Source: an uncultured Pseudomonadales bacterium
GTDB taxonomy: Bacteria; Patescibacteriota; Microgenomatia; UBA1400; PJMF01
Direction of reading: 5' to 3'
Assembly: GCA_964645645.1 (NCBI GenBank)
Contig: CAZYBC010000004.1
Span: forward strand, 5,148-69,147
Length of the DNA: 64,000 nucleotides
Positions within the stretch are counted from its first letter, which is position 1. Each line of letters begins with the position of its first letter. Below the pieces are notes generated by a model. The model was not told the origin of the DNA, did no database searches, and saw only the letters and a program-made list of their open reading frames with translations. This document shows, in pieces, positions 58,870 through 64,000 of this stretch. The position numbers and the translations under genes were made by a program.

Positions 58870-59391
58870 ATGCCAACCTCCAAAGAACAACTCACACCAG
58901 ACCAACAAAGACTGCTTAAACAACGAAATCTTTCAGCACCAGCTGAAACACTTATTATTCAAGCTTTGCTAAGTGGAAATCCTCGCAAAATCCAAGCAGC
59001 AAAAGCCTTGCTTTCTGGTCACGCCTCATTACTAGACTTATGTTTAAATCAGCTCCCTGAGGAACCTTTAGAAAATTTTTGTCTAGCTGTCAATCAAGGC
59101 CTTTACGACGAAGCCATCGTGGCGCAAATGCAGGCTGATTTTCCTCATCTAACTAGAAGCTATTTAAAATTAAACCAGCCAGATTTTATAGGCATAGATA
59201 AAAGTTTACTGATACGCAGTATTCAGGCTGTTTTCCAAACTATTTATCCAAGAAGAACTTATCACAATCTTTTATCTAGATCAGCTAACGATCTTCACCA
59301 ATTTATTGAACCGAACGCAATAAACAGAATTGTACAGTTATTTAAATCCAGAGCCACTGATAGAGGAAATATGTCCCAAGCCAAAAAATAG
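58870..59391 (+). CDS. Hypothetical protein
   Basis: 173-aa ORF, no recognised motif. Confidence 0.55.
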   Translation: MPTSKEQLTPDQQRLLKQRNLSAPAETLIIQALLSGNPRKIQAAKALLSGHASLLDLCLNQLPEEPLENFCLAVNQGLYDEAIVAQMQADFPHLTRSYLKLNQPDFIGIDKSLLIRSIQAVFQTIYPRRTYHNLLSRSANDLHQFIEPNAINRIVQLFKSRATDRGNMSQAKK

Positions 59392-59514
59392 CGTTCATTT
59401 TGCAAACCCCATAATCTTTTTTTTAGTCCATCATTAAAAGCACTTATAGCTTTATTTATCCAACCTATCTGTGGATTGTCTAAATTAAGTTTTTTTTATA
59501 TAAATGGGCCTAAG

Positions 59515-60300
59515 ATGACTACTTCCCAAAATCCCACTACTATCAAATATCTTACTAAAGATAATTTTAAAGAACTTAGCGAAAACTTTCTTACTAAAGA
59601 TGACTTTAAAGAACTGAGCAAAAACTTTCTTACTAAGAATGATTTTAAAGAACTTAGTAAAAACTTTGTTACTAAAGATTACCTTAAAGAACTGAGCAAA
59701 AACTTTGTTACCAAAGACTATCTTAAAGAGTTTGGTAAAAACCTAATTTGTGAGCTTGATAAAAAATTTGTTACTAAAAAAGAATTTAAAGAATTTAGCA
59801 CAGAAATTACTACCAACTACATTACTAGAACTGAACTTTATGAATTTGGTACAGAAGTTACTAATACTATTTTAGCTGGAGTAGACAGAATCGTAGATAG
59901 AATTGATCATAGATTTTATAAAATCGAAGACAAACTAGGCAGAACTGAAGAAAGCCTAGATCAATTAACAGAGAGAGTAGATCTCTTAGAGCCTAGAATT
60001 GATAAATTAGAAAAAGATCAAGTCATTTATGCTAACAAATTAAATAATTTATCTAAAAATGTAAACGAATTAAATATTAAATTTAAAAAATTAGACAAAA
60101 AAACTACTAATGTAGATAAACTCCTTGCTAACTTAGATAAAAAAATTTTCAATGTAGATACGCAACTTACCTATTTAGAAAATAGAATTGTTCATTTAGA
60201 TAAAAAAACCAGTAACATAAGCACTAAACTCAAGTCTCAAATTAAACAACATCTAAAACTTAAAGAACAATTCAAATTTTTACATCCTAGCTTTGCTTAA
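59515..60300 (+). CDS. Coiled-coil protein with 13-aa tandem repeats
   Basis: (L/V)TKD(D/N/Y)(F/L)KELSKNF repeats, then a heptad-rich region; ATG 59515 preferred. Confidence 0.7.
   Translation: MTTSQNPTTIKYLTKDNFKELSENFLTKDDFKELSKNFLTKNDFKELSKNFVTKDYLKELSKNFVTKDYLKEFGKNLICELDKKFVTKKEFKEFSTEITTNYITRTELYEFGTEVTNTILAGVDRIVDRIDHRFYKIEDKLGRTEESLDQLTERVDLLEPRIDKLEKDQVIYANKLNNLSKNVNELNIKFKKLDKKTTNVDKLLANLDKKIFNVDTQLTYLENRIVHLDKKTSNISTKLKSQIKQHLKLKEQFKFLHPSFA
59551..59745 (+). repeat. 39-nt coding tandem repeat, 5 copies
   Basis: Consensus CTTACTAAAGATGATTTTAAAGAACTTAGCAAAAACTTT. Confidence 0.9.
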
Positions 60301-60333
60301 GATTTTAGTTTCGCCACTTTGCCCACCACTTTC

Positions 60334-60360
60334 TTAGCACTCAAAACTTCATTCTGCTAA
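60334..60360 (+). promoter_or_regulatory. CIRCE-like (HrcA) operator upstream of clpB
   Basis: TTAGCACTC-N9-TTCTGCTAA versus consensus TTAGCACTC-N9-GAGTGCTAA. Confidence 0.7.
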
Positions 60361-60402
60361 TTGCCCCTTTTCAAGCTCCAGCACACTAGCTAAAATAGAA
60401 CT

Positions 60403-62961
60403 ATGAATCCAAACCAATTCACTACCAAAGCCGCCCAAGCTTTACAGGAGGCTTTTCAACTCGCTAATAAAGTTCAAGATAGCCAACTCACACCTTGGCA
60501 TTTACTCTACGTCTTGATTAAGCAACCAGATGGCTTAATTCCTACCTTGTTACAAAAATTAGAGCAAGACCCTCAAGCCTTAGCCCAACAAGTTCAAGAT
60601 AAATTACGGCAATTGCCTAAACTAGCTACCGCTAGTGAGGTTTATCCTTCCGCCCAACTTAACCAAGTGCTGAGTCAAGCCGAAACTCAAGCAGCTAAAT
60701 TAAAAGATGAATATTTAAGCACTGAGCATCTTTTTTTAGCCTTGCTTGAACAGCCAGAAATTAGCCAGCTTCTTAAGCTAAAACCACAACAAGTGTTAGC
60801 AGTGCTCAAAACAATCCGCGGTAACCAAAAAGTTACTGATCAAGATCCGGAAAATAAATATCAGGCCTTAGAAAAGTATACCCAAAATTTTACTCAATTA
60901 GCCAGAGAAGGAAAAATTGACCCAGTTATTGGGCGTGATGCAGAAATCAGACGGATTACTCAAATTTTATCTCGCCGCACCAAAAATAATCCTGTGCTAG
61001 TCGGTGAACCAGGCACTGGTAAAACTGCCATTGTAGAAGGTCTAGCCAGAAAAATTATTGATAATGACGTTCCAGATGCTTTAAAAAATAAAACCATTCT
61101 TAACCTCGACATGGGGGCTTTGATTGCCGGAGCTAAATATCGCGGGGAATTTGAAGATCGGCTCAAAGCCGTGATTAAAGAAATTGAAAAAAGTGATAGC
61201 CAACTTATTCTTTTTATTGATGAACTACACACCATTGTGGGAGCCGGGGCTAGCGAGGGTAGTACCGATGCTGGTAACTTACTCAAACCAGCTTTAGCCC
61301 GTGGCACTTTACGAACCATTGGCGCCACTACCTTAAAAGAATATCGCAAATATATTGAAAAAGATGCCGCTTTAGAACGGCGTTTCCAGCCAGTAATGGT
61401 AGAAGAGCCTAGCTTAGAAGACGCTATTTCCATTTTGCGAGGCATCAAAGAAAAATACGAAGCCCACCATGGCGTCAGAATTCGTGACAATGCCATTGTA
61501 GCCGCGGTTAATTTGTCTGATCGCTACATTACTGATCGTTTTTTGCCAGATAAAGCCATTGATCTGATGGATGAAGCTGCCAGTGCCATTCGCATCGAAA
61601 TTGATAGCAAGCCTACCGTGATTGACCAGCTAGAAAGAAAGATTCGCCAACTAGAAATTGAAAAGCAAGCTCTCAAAAAAGAAAAAGATCAAGCTAGCCA
61701 AGATCGGCTCAAGGCAATTGATAAAGAACTGAGTGAACTCAAAGAACAACATCAACAACTAGATTTGCATTGGCAAAATGAGAAAAAAATCATTGACCAA
61801 ATCAAGCAAGCTAGCAAAAAAATAGATCAACTTCGTGAGGAAGCTAAAATTGCTGAACGCAACTATGATTTAGAAAAAGTTGCCAAAATTAACTATGGCG
61901 AAATTCCAGAATTAGAAAAAAGCCTTAAAGCCAGTAAACAAGAACTTACTAAACTGCAAAAAGATCGACAAATTCTTAAAGAAGAAGTCACTGCCGAAGA
62001 CATTGCCAGTGTTGTTGCGCGCTGGACTGGTATTCCAGTAGAAAGAATGCTCAAAAGTGAAACTGACAAGCTCGTTAACTTAGAAGCTGAGTTAGCCAAG
62101 CAAGTAGTCGGTCAAGAAACAGCAGTTAAAGCTGTCGCCAATGCTATCCGCCGCAATAAAGCTGGGCTGGGCGATCTTGATCGCCCCATTGGTTCGTTTA
62201 TTTTTCTTGGACCAACTGGAGTAGGGAAGACTCAATTAGCCAAAACTTTGGCTGGTTTTCTCTTTAACGATGAAAAAATGATCATCCGCATTGATATGAG
62301 CGAATACATGGAAAAACACAGTGTCGCTCGTTTGGTTGGTTCGCCACCAGGATATGTGGGTTATGAAGAAGGTGGGCAACTCACCGAAGCAGTGCGCCGG
62401 CATCCTTACAGTGTCATTTTATTTGACGAAATTGAAAAAGCTCATCCGGATGTTTTTAATATTCTGCTTCAAATTTTGGACGATGGCCGCCTCACTGATA
62501 GCAAAGGTCGTACGGTAAACTTCAAAAATACCATCATTATTATGACCTCCAACTTAGGTAGCGATCTTATTAGCCAATTTAAAGACAAACCAGCTAAACA
62601 AGAAGAAGCTATTCAACAATTGTTGCGTCAAACCTTTAAACCTGAATTTTTGAATCGGGTGGACGAAACTATTATTTTCCAACAGCTTAGCCAAGAACAA
62701 ATTAAAGCTATTGTTAAATTGCAGCTAGAAGAAATTAAACAACGGCTGGCTAAAAAGCAACTTAGCCTAAATGTTACTGACGCCGCAGTTGATTATTTTG
62801 CGCAAACTGGCTTTGACCCAGTTTTTGGAGCTAGACCATTAAAAAGACTCATTCAAAAAGAAATCTTAGATCAACTATCTTTGGAATTAATTGAAGGTAA
62901 AATTCAGGATGGTCAGACAATTAAATTGGATTATAATAACAAAAAACTACAATTTGTATGA
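60403..62961 (+). CDS. clpB: ATP-dependent chaperone ClpB
   Basis: Two AAA+ domains ([16 protein letters not shown]) and long middle coiled coil. Confidence 0.97.
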   Translation: MNPNQFTTKAAQALQEAFQLANKVQDSQLTPWHLLYVLIKQPDGLIPTLLQKLEQDPQALAQQVQDKLRQLPKLATASEVYPSAQLNQVLSQAETQAAKLKDEYLSTEHLFLALLEQPEISQLLKLKPQQVLAVLKTIRGNQKVTDQDPENKYQALEKYTQNFTQLAREGKIDPVIGRDAEIRRITQILSRRTKNNPVLVGEPGTGKTAIVEGLARKIIDNDVPDALKNKTILNLDMGALIAGAKYRGEFEDRLKAVIKEIEKSDSQLILFIDELHTIVGAGASEGSTDAGNLLKPALARGTLRTIGATTLKEYRKYIEKDAALERRFQPVMVEEPSLEDAISILRGIKEKYEAHHGVRIRDNAIVAAVNLSDRYITDRFLPDKAIDLMDEAASAIRIEIDSKPTVIDQLERKIRQLEIEKQALKKEKDQASQDRLKAIDKELSELKEQHQQLDLHWQNEKKIIDQIKQASKKIDQLREEAKIAERNYDLEKVAKINYGEIPELEKSLKASKQELTKLQKDRQILKEEVTAEDIASVVARWTGIPVERMLKSETDKLVNLEAELAKQVVGQETAVKAVANAIRRNKAGLGDLDRPIGSFIFLGPTGVGKTQLAKTLAGFLFNDEKMIIRIDMSEYMEKHSVARLVGSPPGYVGYEEGGQLTEAVRRHPYSVILFDEIEKAHPDVFNILLQILDDGRLTDSKGRTVNFKNTIIIMTSNLGSDLISQFKDKPAKQEEAIQQLLRQTFKPEFLNRVDETIIFQQLSQEQIKAIVKLQLEEIKQRLAKKQLSLNVTDAAVDYFAQTGFDPVFGARPLKRLIQKEILDQLSLELIEGKIQDGQTIKLDYNNKKLQFV

Positions 62962-62985
62962 TACAATATTGAGGTTATTTAGGAT

Positions 62986-63059
62986 GGGTGTGTAGCTCAG
63001 TTGGTTAGAGCGCTATCCTGATAAGATAGAGGTCCTTGGTTCGAGTCCAAGCACACCCA
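62986..63059 (+). tRNA. tRNA-Ile(GAU)
   Basis: GGGTGTG..CTATC-CTGATAA-GATAG..CTTGG-TTCGAGT-CCAAG-CACACCC-A. Confidence 0.96.
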
Positions 63060-63157
63060 CTACCAAATAAAACCAAGTCTAAATTTCATCCCTCAAAACC
63101 TCTTTTTTGATATAATTAGCAATAAAAAGCTATATTTTTATGGATAAAATATTAGAC

Positions 63158-63191
63158 TTGAAAATTAGCAGTCACTAAGATAGAATGCTAA
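63158..63191 (+). promoter_or_regulatory. sigma70 promoter overlapped by a CIRCE operator upstream of lon
   Basis: TTGAAA 63158-63163, 17 nt, TAGAAT 63181-63186; TTAGCAGTC-N9-GAATGCTAA 63165-63191. Confidence 0.8.
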
Positions 63192-63230
63192 AGTTAATAA
63201 ATAAGCAAAAAGATTGATATACAGGAATAA

Positions 63231-64000
63231 ATGAAAGATAACAAAAAAGATCAAAATACATCAAAAACTAACGATAAAACTTCTGCAGACCTCAAGGCTA
63301 CAGAAGAAAAGCTTGATCAAGTCATTGATCGTCTAAAAAAAATGGCTAAAAAAAGCGCTAAGCTAGCTGCCACAGCTGCTGTTAATTCTTCAACACCCCA
63401 ACCAATAACTGCTCAAGCAATTAAACCTCAAGCTAAAGAAAAACCAGCTACCCCTAAACTTAATTTACCTGAACCATTACTCACGCTACCAGTTATTCCG
63501 GTCCGTGAAGGTGTGCTTTTCCCCAGTACTGAATCAATTTTAACCTTTGGCAGAGAGATTTCTAAAAAAGCTTTACTCAATGCTGCTCATAATAAAAATT
63601 ATGTCGTCTTAGTCACTCAAAAAAGAGCCAATCTTAAAAATCCTCAGCCCAATGATCTTTATCAGGTTGGCACTTTAGCGATTATTGAACGAAGCATTAA
63701 AAATGAAGATACGATTAGTGCTTTAGTCCGTGGCATTAGCCGAGTAAAAATTCTTAATTTTGTTCAATTAGCGCCAATGATGATGGCCCAAGTAGTTAAA
63801 ATCAAAGAAATCCTCACTAGAGATGATGAGCTCATGGCTTTAAGCAGCCATTTACAAAAATTATTCCGCGAAATTGTTCAATTAGGCAAACCAGTTGAGT
63901 TTCTAAGCTTTATGAAACTAATGAGTGGGGTTAACGAAGGCGAGCTGGCTGACCAAATTGCTAGTACTTTAGACCTTAAAACCGCGCAACGTCAACAACT
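63231..64000 (+). CDS. lon: Lon protease N-terminal part, runs off the window
   Basis: Manual translation LPVIPVREGVLFP...LVTQK...DLYQVGTLAII...LVRGISRVKI...LADQIAS; AGGA RBS. Confidence 0.88.
   Translation, partial: MKDNKKDQNTSKTNDKTSADLKATEEKLDQVIDRLKKMAKKSAKLAATAAVNSSTPQPITAQAIKPQAKEKPATPKLNLPEPLLTLPVIPVREGVLFPSTESILTFGREISKKALLNAAHNKNYVVLVTQKRANLKNPQPNDLYQVGTLAIIERSIKNEDTISALVRGISRVKILNFVQLAPMMMAQVVKIKEILTRDDELMALSSHLQKLFREIVQLGKPVEFLSFMKLMSGVNEGELADQIASTLDLKTAQRQQ

Noticed and set aside
60960-61496. Antisense 178-aa ORF and other short nested ORFs in the track
   Set aside because: Shadow frames of well-supported genes with no recognisable motifs

Overview
AT-rich bacterial DNA. Gene content and style (Fn3/PKD surface proteins, sortase, apparently leaderless genes) suggest a CPR/Patescibacteria (Microgenomates-like) chromosome; this is an inference. 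Housekeeping genes: uvrB, uvrA, uvrC, clpB, the 5' part of lon, and tRNA-His, tRNA-Arg and tRNA-Ile. Accessory blocks: (1) two paralogous Fn3-protein / ABC ATPase / MacB-FtsX permease operons (1-5450 +, 32901-38872 -); (2) a GT2-GH26 fusion with two more GH26 genes and a GT-C; (3) a defence island with FicA-Fic, IS200, Sir2-HerA and a type I RM system whose hsdR has one in-frame TGA; (4) a ~13.5 kb block between uvrB and uvrA holding three AbiEii-type modules and a complete diversity-generating retroelement; (5) an ATP-grasp / MATCAP-type peptidase cluster. The DGR has TR 40721-40865, avd, RT and a convergent target with VR 42462-42606; all 13 TR/VR mismatches are at TR adenines. The most unexplained signal is a 27-bp motif, TAAAYRYRCCRCRRGYGGAAYGRTTTA, in about 9 copies. 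It shows compensatory changes, often sits at the tip of long stems of unrelated sequence, and marks module boundaries around the DGR block and the 3' ends of both ABC operons.
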